Assembly (NCBI GenBank): GCA_964291265.2
Contig: OZ219746.1
Coordinates: 32,001-96,000 of the forward strand
Source of the DNA: Alphaproteobacteria bacterium
GTDB lineage: Bacteria > Pseudomonadota > Alphaproteobacteria > SP197
Direction: 5' to 3'
Length of the DNA stretch: 64,000 nt
The translations under genes and the position numbers were made by a program. Within the stretch, counting starts at the first letter, position 1, and each line of letters begins with the position of its first letter. Positions 42,088 through 52,357 of the stretch are shown one piece after another. A model generated the notes under the pieces. It saw only the letters and a program-made list of their open reading frames with translations. It was not told the DNA's origin and searched no databases.

Positions 42088-45021
42088 CTAGACGATCTGA
42101 CGCTGCGCCAGGTCAGCGAAGGGACCGTCCCGCGCCATGAGTTCTTCATAGTGGCCGGTCTCGACGATCCGCCCCTCCTTCATCACGAAAATCCTGTCGG
42201 CGTCGCGGATCGTGCTCAGCCGATGGGCGATGACGATGCGCGTGATGTTGAGTGTGCGGAGCGATTCCTGAACGGTCAATTGAGTTCGATTGTCAAGTGC
42301 GCTGGTCGCCTCATCGAACAGCATGACCCGCGGCTTGCGGGCCAGGGCGCGGGCGATCAGCACTCTCTGCTTCTGTCCGCCGGACAATCCGGTGCCGCCT
42401 TCGGGCAGCACCGTATGCATCCCCATCGGCATGGCCCGGATCTCATCCTCGAGTCCTGCAGCCCGGGCGGCCGCCCAGGCCTCCTCCATGGTCAACGAGG
42501 AGGAGCCCGAGATATTCTCCAGAATGCTCGCGGCAACCAGCTTGCTGTCCTGGATCACAACCCCCATCAGGTTCCGCACCGTTGGCAGGTCGAGATGCAG
42601 GAGGTCATGACCGTCAATCAGAACCGCTCCCGAATCAGGGCGTTCAAAGCCGAGCAGCAGACGGTAGAGCGTCGACTTCCCGGAACCGGACGTCCCGACG
42701 AATGCCACATAGTCGCCTTGCCGGATGCTGAAGGACACATTGTCCACCGCGTTGGGCGTGTCCGGCAGGTAGCGGAAGGTGACCCGCGCAAACTCGATAT
42801 GTCCCGTGAGGTCTGTCGGAACGAAACTGCCGACGCCGCTCTCGAGCGGGCATTCGAGGATCGGCCGGACGCGCTCGAACAGCGGAACGGCGCTGCTGAT
42901 CGTCGTCCAGGCGCCGGTCAGGGAAACGATCGAGGCGGCGAACTGTCCGAACGCCGCATTGAAGGACAGGAAATCGGCAATGTCGAAGGACTCCGACGGT
43001 CCGCCTTCAATGAGCGAATACCATATGAAGGCGAAGAGAACGAGCAGGGACAACGGCATGAACATCGCATTCACGGTGTGCTGTCCGGCCCCCCAGAATC
43101 GCGCGGCGAGCGTGGCGCGCCGCTGGGCGGCGAACTGACGCGCCCAGAGCGCAAGCGCATAGAATTCGGCGTTCGCCATCCGCAGCTTTCCCACCCCGGT
43201 GATCATCTGGAAGACGAACCCGTCGATAAGTCCCTGCGTGCGAAACGCGGTGCGGTGGCAACGCACCTGGCGGCGTACCAGAAACCATGATGCTGCGACC
43301 AGCGCCAGCGAGATGCCGCATGCGCAGAGGGCGAGAGTCCAGCTGTAGTGGAAGAGAAGGGCGAGGCTGAAGACGGAGAACAGGCTGCTGACCAGCCCAT
43401 GCACGGTGGCGCCGGTCAGCAGTTGTCGGATCATGCCGACGCCGTTGGCCCGGTCGGCGAGGTCGCCCGCGGTGAAGCGGCGGAAGAACGATGTCGGCAG
43501 GGAAACCAGCCGGTTCCACACGGAGGCCTGAAGCTGCTCGTCGACCCGGCCCTCGACCCGCAAGGCCGCCAGGGCGCCCACGACATCAAACGCCGCGGCG
43601 CCCAGCGCACCCAGGCCAAGCGCGCCGAGGGCAGCGATCCACATCTGCGTGTCACCACGCGGAATGATCTCGGCCAGAAGCTTGCCCGTGATGATCGGCG
43701 TCAGGAGGGCGACCAGGCTGCTCAGGACGGCCATTGCAGCCAGGAGCCGGAAATCCCGTCCACACCGGCGCAGGCCGTGAAGCAGCGCCGCCAGGCCGGT
43801 CCTGACGCGATCCGGCAGGGGAGCGTACAGCATGACAGCGCGACGTTCGATCCCCTCGGCGGCCTTGCGGTCGACAGTCCAGACCCGCCCGGCCTCCGGG
43901 TCGACGGCGCGGTAGGAGCCGCGGCCGTTCGAAAGGACCGCCAGCGGCCGGGCGCCATCGATCAAACGCCCGACGAAGGAAGGCCCGTGGCGCCTGGGCC
44001 AGTCGTCCGCAAGCGCTATCTCGCGCGTCCTCATCCCGGAAAGACGGGTAAAGGAGGCCAGGGTTCCCGCGTCAGACGTCTGGCTTGCTTCGTGGCTGTT
44101 TCGGGAAGCGCCAAGGTCGCCGCCGACGGACCTGGCGACCAGACTCGCCGCCGTGAACAAGGGCGCGCGGTTGGCTGCCGGCGCCGCCATCTCGTCGCCT
44201 GTCGCCGTGTTCAGGACCTCGCCGATACCCTGGAGGATCGTCGATGTGACCGTCTCGCGGTCCTTGCGGCTTGTCCGGCTGCGTTCCCGGGCGGTGGTGA
44301 TGTCCCTTTCGTCGACGAGCTGCGCCGCTCTGAGCAGCAGCGTGCTGAAACGGTCCATGGCCGGCCAGAGCCGGTCCGTGCCCAGGAGCGCCGGGGTGTG
44401 CACCGCCGAGACCTCGGTGTCGGCGGCGAGGTGCAGCCAGGTCCATTCCGACAGCGGCAGAAGCGTCCTCGCTCCGACGGCGAACTCTCGGTTTCCGATG
44501 AAGTGGGTCGACCGGTCCGCCGAGACCCAGATCACGTCCGAGTGATGCGCGCCCACCGCGAGGCCGGCAGGGTAGGGCACGTTCGGGTCGGCTTCGAGCA
44601 ACTGCATGCCGCGCGGCGGCAGAAGCCGGTTTCGCGACAGAAATTCCGACAGGTTCGATATCCACCCGTCGATGAGGGTGAGCGTGCCGATGCTCAACGC
44701 TCCCTCGGCGTTGAGCAACGATCGTTCCGTCTCCATGATGGCGGCGTCTCGAGACGGAACGGCAAGGAAGGAAAGCCTCTCCTGACCGGACTCGGCACTT
44801 TCCAGCGCCGGTCCGTCAAGGGCGGCCTGGCCGGCGACGACACGAGTGATGAAGGGGCTGCGGTGAAGCGGCAGGTCACCACTGCTCCTGACCGCGAAAA
44901 TGTCCAGATAGCCCCGGGCGACCATGACGACGCGCCCGGGATCGTTCAGAATGATGGGTCTGAACGCGCCCGTTTCCCGGGGTGGGCCGAAGATGTGCGC
45001 GATGGAGTCGGGTACGGGCAC
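42088..45021 (-). CDS. NHLP bacteriocin system ABC transporter, permease/ATP-binding subunit (no peptidase)
   Basis: TM domain, GTSGSGKST, LSGGQKQR, FDEATSALD. Confidence 0.92.
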   Translation of the reverse strand: MPVPDSIAHIFGPPRETGAFRPIILNDPGRVVMVARGYLDIFAVRSSGDLPLHRSPFITRVVAGQAALDGPALESAESGQERLSFLAVPSRDAAIMETERSLLNAEGALSIGTLTLIDGWISNLSEFLSRNRLLPPRGMQLLEADPNVPYPAGLAVGAHHSDVIWVSADRSTHFIGNREFAVGARTLLPLSEWTWLHLAADTEVSAVHTPALLGTDRLWPAMDRFSTLLLRAAQLVDERDITTARERSRTSRKDRETVTSTILQGIGEVLNTATGDEMAAPAANRAPLFTAASLVARSVGGDLGASRNSHEASQTSDAGTLASFTRLSGMRTREIALADDWPRRHGPSFVGRLIDGARPLAVLSNGRGSYRAVDPEAGRVWTVDRKAAEGIERRAVMLYAPLPDRVRTGLAALLHGLRRCGRDFRLLAAMAVLSSLVALLTPIITGKLLAEIIPRGDTQMWIAALGALGLGALGAAAFDVVGALAALRVEGRVDEQLQASVWNRLVSLPTSFFRRFTAGDLADRANGVGMIRQLLTGATVHGLVSSLFSVFSLALLFHYSWTLALCACGISLALVAASWFLVRRQVRCHRTAFRTQGLIDGFVFQMITGVGKLRMANAEFYALALWARQFAAQRRATLAARFWGAGQHTVNAMFMPLSLLVLFAFIWYSLIEGGPSESFDIADFLSFNAAFGQFAASIVSLTGAWTTISSAVPLFERVRPILECPLESGVGSFVPTDLTGHIEFARVTFRYLPDTPNAVDNVSFSIRQGDYVAFVGTSGSGKSTLYRLLLGFERPDSGAVLIDGHDLLHLDLPTVRNLMGVVIQDSKLVAASILENISGSSSLTMEEAWAAARAAGLEDEIRAMPMGMHTVLPEGGTGLSGGQKQRVLIARALARKPRVMLFDEATSALDNRTQLTVQESLRTLNITRIVIAHRLSTIRDADRIFVMKEGRIVETGHYEELMARDGPFADLAQRQIV

Positions 45022-45025
45022 GTTC

Positions 45026-47215
45026 TCAACCCGACGTGATCAGCGTGCGGTAAAGACCGTCGGTTTCGATCAGTTCATCGTGCCGGCCTTCCTGGACAAC
45101 CCGGCCACCGTCGAGCACGACGATCCGGTCGGCGTCCCGGATCGTGCTGAGCCGATGGGCAATGATCAGGCAGGTGCAACCGCGCTGGCGGAGGTTGTCG
45201 TCAATCTCCATTTCGGTTGCAGGATCGAGTGCGGCGGTGGCTTCATCGAACACGATGATGTGCGGATCGGGCGCAAGCGCCCGCGCGATTTCAAGACGCT
45301 GGCGTTGACCGCCGCTCAAGTTTCGGCCGCCTTCCTCTATCGGCGCGTCGTACTTGTCCGGTCGCGCCATGATGTCGTCGAGAATGGCGGCATCGCGCAG
45401 GGCCTGGGCGACCCGACGGTTGCTGACGGTCGAGTTCCAGAGGGTGATGTTGTCCCGCACGCTTCCCTCGAACAGGACGATTTCCTGATCGACATAGGCG
45501 ACAGTCTCGGCGATGTGGCTCGGGGACAGGTCCTGCAGCCGGTCTGCATCGATGCGCACCGTACCGGACCAGGGATTGAGCAGGCCGCAAACCAGCTTGC
45601 CGACGGTCGACTTGCCGCTGCCGGAACCGCCGACAAGGGCAACCCGCTGGCCCGGATTGATCTCAAGGCTGAAATTCTCGATCAGCGGCGCCTCCTGCCG
45701 GTTGTAGCCGAAGGTGACATTGTCGAGCCTGACAAAACCCGAGCAGCGCGGACGTTCGCCCTCGTCGGACCGGCGCATGCCGCGAACGACCCGCCGATCC
45801 GGCCTGTAGTTCAACACGTCGTCGAGCCGGGCAATGTCGGCCTTGACTGTCTGCAGGCTGGCGCCGAACTGGATCAGACCCTCAATCGGCTGGGAGAAGC
45901 TGCGCGCAAGACTCTGAAAGGCAACCAGCCCGCCGACGGTCAGCACGCCCTCCAGGAGGCGCAGACCACCGACGCCCAGAATGGCAACGGTCGTCAGTGC
46001 CGTGAGCAGAGGCGGCACGACGTTCAGGAGGCTTGTCAACCGGCCGAGGTCCTGCTGGGCGGCCACGACGTTGGCATGCATGCCGGACAGGCGTGAGAAC
46101 AGGTCGCTCTCCGTGCCGTTGGCCTTCAGCGTTTCGATCATGCTGAGGCCGGCGACCGACGCACCCGCGACCTTGCCCTGTTCCTTGAGCAGGCGGCGGC
46201 TGGCATTCTCCCGGGCGCTTGAGACCACGCGAAGGGCGAACAGGTTGACGATCCCCATGGCGAACACGACGAGCGCCAGGATCATGTCGTAGGCCAGCAT
46301 GACGGCCGCATAGGCGATCATGGTGAGCATGTTGACGGCATTGGTGGCGAGCTCGCCTGAAACCACCCGCGCCACATTGTCGTTCGACGCGACCCGGTTG
46401 GCGATGTCGCCCGCAAAACGTTGCGAGAAGAATGCCATGGGCAGCGTCATGACATGCCAGAAGAATTGCGATGTCGCGACGAGCGAAAGCTTGGTTTCCA
46501 TACGCGCAAGACAGTGCTGCTGGAACCAGGTGAGCAGGCCTTGCAGGACGGTCACGAGTGCGAGGCCGATGAGAAGCGGTACAACGAGATTCTCGCTCCT
46601 CCCGACCAGGATCTCATCCACGAAGACCTTGGAGATGGTCGGCAGGGCAAGCCCTGGAACCAGCAGCGCGAGAGTCGCGAGGACAACGAACAGCAAGGCG
46701 GACCGCGCCCGGCCCAGACGAGCGAACAAGCCCTGCAGCAGACTCGGTCGCGCACCGCTTCGATCGAACTGCTGCGTCGGCTGGAAGGCGAGGCAGACCC
46801 CGGTGAACCCCTCGTCGAACTCCTGCATGGATATGCGGCGCGGGCCTTCGGCCGGATCGTTGATGTAGACGAGACCGCGCCGGATGCCCTCGAGCACGAT
46901 GAAATGGTTGAAATTCCAGAACACGATCATGGGGAAGGGAAGATCGAACAGGCGTCCCGGATCGCGGCGGAAGCCGCGCGCATCGAGGCCGAGTTCCCTG
47001 GCCGCCCGCAGCATGTTGACCGCCTTGCTGCCGTCGCGCGACACGCCGCAGCGCACCCGCAGTTCTTCCAGGGGCACCCACTTGCCGTAGCGGGCAAGAA
47101 TCATCGCCAGACAGGCGGCGCCGCATTCCGTCGCCTCCATCTGCAGGATGGTGGGTACGCTTCGCCTGCCGCCGCGCCTGCGGGAAAGGTTCGCTCGCAG
47201 CTTGGTGGAGTTCAC
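45026..47215 (-). CDS. NHLP bacteriocin system ABC transporter with C39 peptidase
   Basis: QMEATECGAACL, FWNFNHFIV, GGSGSGKST, LSGGQRQR. Confidence 0.95.
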   Translation of the reverse strand: MNSTKLRANLSRRRGGRRSVPTILQMEATECGAACLAMILARYGKWVPLEELRVRCGVSRDGSKAVNMLRAARELGLDARGFRRDPGRLFDLPFPMIVFWNFNHFIVLEGIRRGLVYINDPAEGPRRISMQEFDEGFTGVCLAFQPTQQFDRSGARPSLLQGLFARLGRARSALLFVVLATLALLVPGLALPTISKVFVDEILVGRSENLVVPLLIGLALVTVLQGLLTWFQQHCLARMETKLSLVATSQFFWHVMTLPMAFFSQRFAGDIANRVASNDNVARVVSGELATNAVNMLTMIAYAAVMLAYDMILALVVFAMGIVNLFALRVVSSARENASRRLLKEQGKVAGASVAGLSMIETLKANGTESDLFSRLSGMHANVVAAQQDLGRLTSLLNVVPPLLTALTTVAILGVGGLRLLEGVLTVGGLVAFQSLARSFSQPIEGLIQFGASLQTVKADIARLDDVLNYRPDRRVVRGMRRSDEGERPRCSGFVRLDNVTFGYNRQEAPLIENFSLEINPGQRVALVGGSGSGKSTVGKLVCGLLNPWSGTVRIDADRLQDLSPSHIAETVAYVDQEIVLFEGSVRDNITLWNSTVSNRRVAQALRDAAILDDIMARPDKYDAPIEEGGRNLSGGQRQRLEIARALAPDPHIIVFDEATAALDPATEMEIDDNLRQRGCTCLIIAHRLSTIRDADRIVVLDGGRVVQEGRHDELIETDGLYRTLITSG

Positions 47216-48462
47216 TGTCCGGTCAGCTTCTTCAGCAGCGGAATGGCCATGGCGATGGGGCGCTGGCTCGTGACCTTGACATCGATGCTGGCGAGCGTTC
47301 CGGAGATCAGCGCCTCACTTGCTCCCTTCGTCGTGGTCCAGGCGAAACCGCTCGCCGTCGATGGATCGGGCAGCAGCGTCACGCGGCTGGCGTATGGCGG
47401 CCCGTTCTGGGAGAAGATCTGGGCAAGCTCCTGATTCTGCAACACGGTGACCATGCCGCTGACGCTTACCGGAAACTCCGACACGTTCTCGACCAGACCC
47501 TTGACAAAGCCATGCGTCTGCGGCTGCGTGGTCGCAGGAGAGACCAACACCTTCATTCCCGGCTCGACCCGTTTGCCATCGGCCGGTGGAATGTACATCA
47601 GCACCTCGACTTCTTCGTTCGAGCCGGTCTTGATGCTGAGCACGGGCTGGCCCGAAACGAGCACCGAACCCAGGGCGGCCTTGATCTCGATGACACCGCC
47701 GGAAACCGGCGCCAGGATCTGTTGCGACTGCAGACGTGTCTGGAGTTCACGAGCCCGCAGGCGCGCCTCCTGAAGACGGGTGTCGGCACTGCCGACCTGG
47801 ACGCGGTGATCGTTGAGGCGCGTCAACTCCCGCGCTTCCAGCGTCTCGAGCCGGTGAGTGGTTTCGAACAACTCCTGCAGTGCGCGGTCAAACGCCTGCT
47901 GGCTGCGCTCCAGGGTAACCCTTGTGACGACGCGTTCATCGTAGAGCTGGCGGTGGCTGTCGAGGCGTTCACGGGCGCTGTGCACTGCCTCGCGGCCAAT
48001 GCTCTCGAGCTGTTCAAGGCGAGCCTGCTGCTTGGCCACGTTGTTCTTGAACAACTGATCCTCTGCTTCGAACGCTGCCTTGAGATTGTCCAGGGCCCGT
48101 TCGCTCTCTTCAACCAAGGCGAGAGCGCTGCGGTAGCGTTCCGTCAGATCTGGATTCACGGTCGTGGCAACGACCTCTCCCTTGTCAACCGATTCACCGA
48201 CCGTGAAGGCGATATCGGTCAGCGTGCCCGTATCGACGGCCACGGCGTCAATCACCGTGCCACCGGTGTTCAGCAGTATTCCGTTGGCACTCACATAGGT
48301 GGAAACGGATCCCCACACCGACCAGGCCACCAGCGCGGCGACGAATGCCATCAAGGCGCACAGCGCCACCCATTGCCTGGCCGAAACGATCGAAAGTGCA
48401 CGATCGATCTTCTCCGGTTCGGACAGCCGGTCCAGCGCTGCCTTTCTGAACAGTTCCGCCAT
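47212..48462 (-). CDS. NHLP bacteriocin system secretion protein (HlyD family)
   Basis: LFRKAALDRLSEPEKID, single TM, coiled coil, SGFAWTT. Confidence 0.92.
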   Translation of the reverse strand: MAELFRKAALDRLSEPEKIDRALSIVSARQWVALCALMAFVAALVAWSVWGSVSTYVSANGILLNTGGTVIDAVAVDTGTLTDIAFTVGESVDKGEVVATTVNPDLTERYRSALALVEESERALDNLKAAFEAEDQLFKNNVAKQQARLEQLESIGREAVHSARERLDSHRQLYDERVVTRVTLERSQQAFDRALQELFETTHRLETLEARELTRLNDHRVQVGSADTRLQEARLRARELQTRLQSQQILAPVSGGVIEIKAALGSVLVSGQPVLSIKTGSNEEVEVLMYIPPADGKRVEPGMKVLVSPATTQPQTHGFVKGLVENVSEFPVSVSGMVTVLQNQELAQIFSQNGPPYASRVTLLPDPSTASGFAWTTTKGASEALISGTLASIDVKVTSQRPIAMAIPLLKKLTGQ

Positions 48463-48535
48463 TTGTGCACACCAGGAGTCTAATTGCGGACGACGCCCTG
48501 ACGGTCAGGGCATCGGGTGGGACAGGCTGCCGCCG

Positions 48536-50059
48536 TCATCTGGTTGAGAGGATCCCGGGAGCGAGCTTCCACTTCACCTCGCGGGCCTCGCGGGCGAGAT
48601 CCGGCACACCGGCAATCCCGAGTCTCCGCGAGGTCAGCGCACCCACCGCTTCCAGCAGGCGATAGGCCTCGACGGTCACGTCGCGTTCAGCCGAAAGCGC
48701 GCTGATCTGGCGCGTCACGACACGCCGTTCGGCATCCAGAATCTCCCGGGTCGTGCGCTCTCCGAACTCGGCCTCGCGCTTGATCCCTGCCAGGGCGGTG
48801 CGTGATGCCTCGACTGCGGTCGCAAAGGCCGCCTGCCTCTGCCGGGCCGCTTCCAGGTTCCGCCAGGCGCTTTCGACCAGTTGCGAGGCACTGCGCACCG
48901 CATCGAGCCATTCGTTGCGGCGCTGGGCCTGAAGATGTCGGGCTCGGCGAATCCGCGGACCTGTCACCCCCGCCTGATAGATCGGCACGGTCAGCTGCAG
49001 CGTCAGGCTCATTTCGGTACTGTCCGGAAGAGCCGTTCCTGTCTGTCTCTTGGCCGCAGCCCTGAGGTCGACGCGCGGTCCGAGCTCGGCCGTGGCCACG
49101 AGAACCGACGCCTCGGCCACGCGAATCGCGGTTTCGGCGGCGCGAACGGCGGGCCGCTGCGTGCGGGCTGTCCGGTGTGCTTCCTCCAGGGTTCGCGGCA
49201 GGCCGGCCGGCAGGCCTGCCGCCTCGAGACCGTCCGGCACCAGGCCGGTCAACTGGAGAAGGCGGGCTCTGTGGACGTTCAGTTCGCTCGTCGCCGCCAC
49301 CATGTCCGCTGCGGCGATCTCCCGTTCCGCCTCGGCCTGGGCGACATCGGCGCCGGTCCGGTCCCCGACATCGTATTGCGCCTTGACGTCGCGAACCTGC
49401 TCATCGAAGGCGGCAAGGGAGGCTGCGCGCAACTCCACGACCCGTTCCGCCCGGAGCGTGTCGAGATAGACTGTCGCGGCGCGAAGAAGAACGGTCTGTT
49501 CGCTGTCTTCCACGGAGGCGTGGCTCCTTGACACGCTCTGGACAGCCCTTCGGAGCGCAGCGGAGTCGCGGCCGCTGCGAAACAGGTTCTGCGTGATGGA
49601 GAATGTCCAGGAGCGCGGAGAAGAATACTGGGTTCGGTCAGCACCCAGGGAAAAGGACCGATCGGAGACGATCCGTTGCCGACCGGCGCTGGCGTTGAAC
49701 TGGAGCGTGGGCAGCCATGCCGAAACGGCCTCGGGCACATCCTGGTGGCGCGCGCGCGCAGCCTCGCGGACCGCGGCCAGACCCGGGTTCGACGCCGCGG
49801 CCGCGGCCAGCACCTCCTCGATGGTCAGCGCCGAGGCCGGCGCTGCGGTGAGCGCAAGGGCAGTGCCGAGCCAGGCAAGGCACGAACGAGCGATGCGCCA
49901 TCGCAAGGGCATGGTCCTGCAACCAGGCCGCGTGCGTCTGCGGCGCCCCTGGCGGCGGCCCGAGGCTTCCATCGGGCATGCTTGCCGTCGGGCAATTCTC
50001 AGCCATCCCCCGTGCAGCGGCCGGGCCGGACCGCTTTCCGCCATTGCCGTTCGGTTCAT
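48536..50059 (-). CDS. TolC-family outer membrane channel (start uncertain, 50059 or 49912)
   Basis: Signal peptide APASA-L, SNPGL..R, WLPTL, TVPIYQAG, GERTTREILDAE. Confidence 0.88.
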   Translation of the reverse strand: MNRTAMAESGPARPLHGGWLRIARRQACPMEASGRRQGRRRRTRPGCRTMPLRWRIARSCLAWLGTALALTAAPASALTIEEVLAAAAASNPGLAAVREAARARHQDVPEAVSAWLPTLQFNASAGRQRIVSDRSFSLGADRTQYSSPRSWTFSITQNLFRSGRDSAALRRAVQSVSRSHASVEDSEQTVLLRAATVYLDTLRAERVVELRAASLAAFDEQVRDVKAQYDVGDRTGADVAQAEAEREIAAADMVAATSELNVHRARLLQLTGLVPDGLEAAGLPAGLPRTLEEAHRTARTQRPAVRAAETAIRVAEASVLVATAELGPRVDLRAAAKRQTGTALPDSTEMSLTLQLTVPIYQAGVTGPRIRRARHLQAQRRNEWLDAVRSASQLVESAWRNLEAARQRQAAFATAVEASRTALAGIKREAEFGERTTREILDAERRVVTRQISALSAERDVTVEAYRLLEAVGALTSRRLGIAGVPDLAREAREVKWKLAPGILSTR

Positions 50060-52356
50060 ATGAAGACCGCCACCGGGTTGAGATCGGCTTCGGCCTTGGG
50101 CGTTTCTCGCCACCCCATGGCAACCGGCACGTCGTACAGGCGGCCGGGAGCAAAACGCGGCCAGAAGTGACGCAATCCCGGCACGATGGTCCGGGCGACC
50201 GGCATACCGATATCCGGCCGGGTCTGGTCGAGCACCAGAAACTCCATGCCCCTCGCCTCAACCAGCGCCTGACAATACTCGACGTCATCCTTGATGTCGG
50301 TTGTCTGCGGCGCCGAATAGTCCCGGGCCAGACGTTGCCGCATCCGTTTGTCCGGCGCAAGATAGGGATGCTCGGCAAGTGTTGCATTGCGCCACCACCA
50401 GAGGCATTCCGGATCGTCATAGAGGTAGCCGTTGCCGTCGATGCCGACATCTCGAACGGCGACCAGATACTGGTTCAATTCGCACAGTGCACGGAAGGCG
50501 GCAATGCGTGGTTCGAAATGGGCGCCGGCCGAATACAGGATGTCTTCGGCCTCCTTGTCAGTCCGGCGCGACACCGCAACGAATACCGGGATACCGAGAT
50601 CGGTGGTCGCATCAAGCATTCGCAGATCGCGGTGGAAGGACTTGTAGTATTCGCGCGCGCGGTCGAAATAGGCTTCGCCGAAGCTGTCGAAGTCCAGCTC
50701 GGGAAGCGATACCCGATTGTACCACCAGCAGGCAAAGGCATCGCGCTCGACCAGCTCGAAAAATCCCTGGAGAATCGCCTCCTCCAGCGTGTTGCCTGAC
50801 GCGCAGCCGTTCGAATCCGGACCGCAATAGATCTGGCCGTCCTCCAGCGGTGCGGCGAAATAGAGCATGGAGGTGGGCAGGTGGCGGTGACACCCCCGAG
50901 TCATCGACCAGACCGGTGTCCAGCTCATCTCCACGGCAGGATCGAAACGCCTCGGGACAAAATTGAATCGCGCTCTGCGCGCGTTGATCTCTTCGGCGTG
51001 GTCGTACTGCCAGTCGCTGAAGAGCTGGACCGTGTTGGGATGGATCGCTTCGCCGTCGGCGAAATCCTCAAGGCGCGCGCGGCGGCGGATCTCGTCGCCG
51101 TGAAAGGCGCCGGAAACGCGCTCGATCGCCTCGCACAAAGCGCTCGCTTCGGCCTGTTCGGGACTGGCGCCCTTGCCCGAACTCTTGCTCCTCAGCGTGG
51201 TGCGCAGCAGGCGCAGGTTGTCGCTCCTCAGCGCTATGTTGCTGCCGGACCAGTAGACATGCAGCCACGGGTCCGTTTCGTTCGTGGAACGCACCAGTTG
51301 GGTGACCACGCCGCTCACCGGGCTGACCAGGTGACGGTAACGGGCAATCGTCTCCCGCGGTGGCACCGAACGCGAGCCGCCGGAATTGGCCACCGTTCGG
51401 GGGCATGGTGCGAGCGTGACTGGAACCGGCGCCCGGTCGGGGCGGTAGAGCGCCGCGTCGCCACAGACCCCGCATTGCGGTCGGCGGAACACCCGATGCC
51501 GGTCGTTTTCGAGACTGTGGGCATCGACCGAGATCGCGTGCTCATGGAGCGCCGCCCTCTCCCCGAAGACGATCCATCTGGCAATCTCGACCGCGGCGAG
51601 ACCGAGGATTGCCTCGACAAGCGGTGCTGGCGCGACTCGGCGCAGGACAGCGCCCCCCCCGCCGGTGCGCAGGAAACTCTCGATTTCGCGATTGCTGCGC
51701 AGACGATGGGCCAGACAGGCCCAGCACGGTCCGCCGTCGCCAGGCCGGAAAACCGGACCGAAAAGCGCCGTCAGGCCGTTGGGCGCCACCGGCAGCCACG
51801 GAAGTCCGGATGCCAGGTGACGGCGGTTGGCCTCGGCGCAGTCCTCACCGAGCAGGTCGTCGCACAGGATGACCGAGAGGGTCGGATTGTCGTCGGTCAC
51901 GGTGACGCCCATCGCAGCAAGCGCGGCACCGAGACCGTCGCCCGTCACCGCAACCCGCACGGCGTCCAGCCGTGTCTCCGCCCAGCGTGGCGACGCGCCG
52001 CACGCACTCCAGAAGGCAGCCATGTCCCGGCTGATCGTGGCGTCTGCTGAGACAACGTAGCCCTTCGACGCCAGCGAGACCAGCGCGGTCTGGACTTCGA
52101 TCGCCGAATACCGGTCGGCCAGCGCCGCGGCGATTTCGTGGCGCGAGTGGCTGCCGTCAAGCAGGGGCAGGATATCGATGTAGCGCCGGCCGTGGAGAAC
52201 TCCGCTGAACACCTCGGACACGATCAGCGCGGTCGTGTCGTCGTGAAGGCGAACATCGAGATGCGGCGCCAGCATCGGCCGCTCGACAAGGCCGCGGTCG
52301 TCCGCCAGACTGCACAGGATGGCCATTGACGGGGGAGTGACCGAATCGGCGGCCAT
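50056..52356 (-). CDS. Fused leader-binding/E1-like-YcaO cyclodehydratase 2
   Basis: GPVF..CWACL, CGVC, SSGKG, EAIER, SNGCASGNTLEEAILQGFFELVERDA, C-terminus LNPVAVFI. Confidence 0.93.
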   Translation of the reverse strand: MAADSVTPPSMAILCSLADDRGLVERPMLAPHLDVRLHDDTTALIVSEVFSGVLHGRRYIDILPLLDGSHSRHEIAAALADRYSAIEVQTALVSLASKGYVVSADATISRDMAAFWSACGASPRWAETRLDAVRVAVTGDGLGAALAAMGVTVTDDNPTLSVILCDDLLGEDCAEANRRHLASGLPWLPVAPNGLTALFGPVFRPGDGGPCWACLAHRLRSNREIESFLRTGGGGAVLRRVAPAPLVEAILGLAAVEIARWIVFGERAALHEHAISVDAHSLENDRHRVFRRPQCGVCGDAALYRPDRAPVPVTLAPCPRTVANSGGSRSVPPRETIARYRHLVSPVSGVVTQLVRSTNETDPWLHVYWSGSNIALRSDNLRLLRTTLRSKSSGKGASPEQAEASALCEAIERVSGAFHGDEIRRRARLEDFADGEAIHPNTVQLFSDWQYDHAEEINARRARFNFVPRRFDPAVEMSWTPVWSMTRGCHRHLPTSMLYFAAPLEDGQIYCGPDSNGCASGNTLEEAILQGFFELVERDAFACWWYNRVSLPELDFDSFGEAYFDRAREYYKSFHRDLRMLDATTDLGIPVFVAVSRRTDKEAEDILYSAGAHFEPRIAAFRALCELNQYLVAVRDVGIDGNGYLYDDPECLWWWRNATLAEHPYLAPDKRMRQRLARDYSAPQTTDIKDDVEYCQALVEARGMEFLVLDQTRPDIGMPVARTIVPGLRHFWPRFAPGRLYDVPVAMGWRETPKAEADLNPVAVFI

Positions 52357-52357
52357 C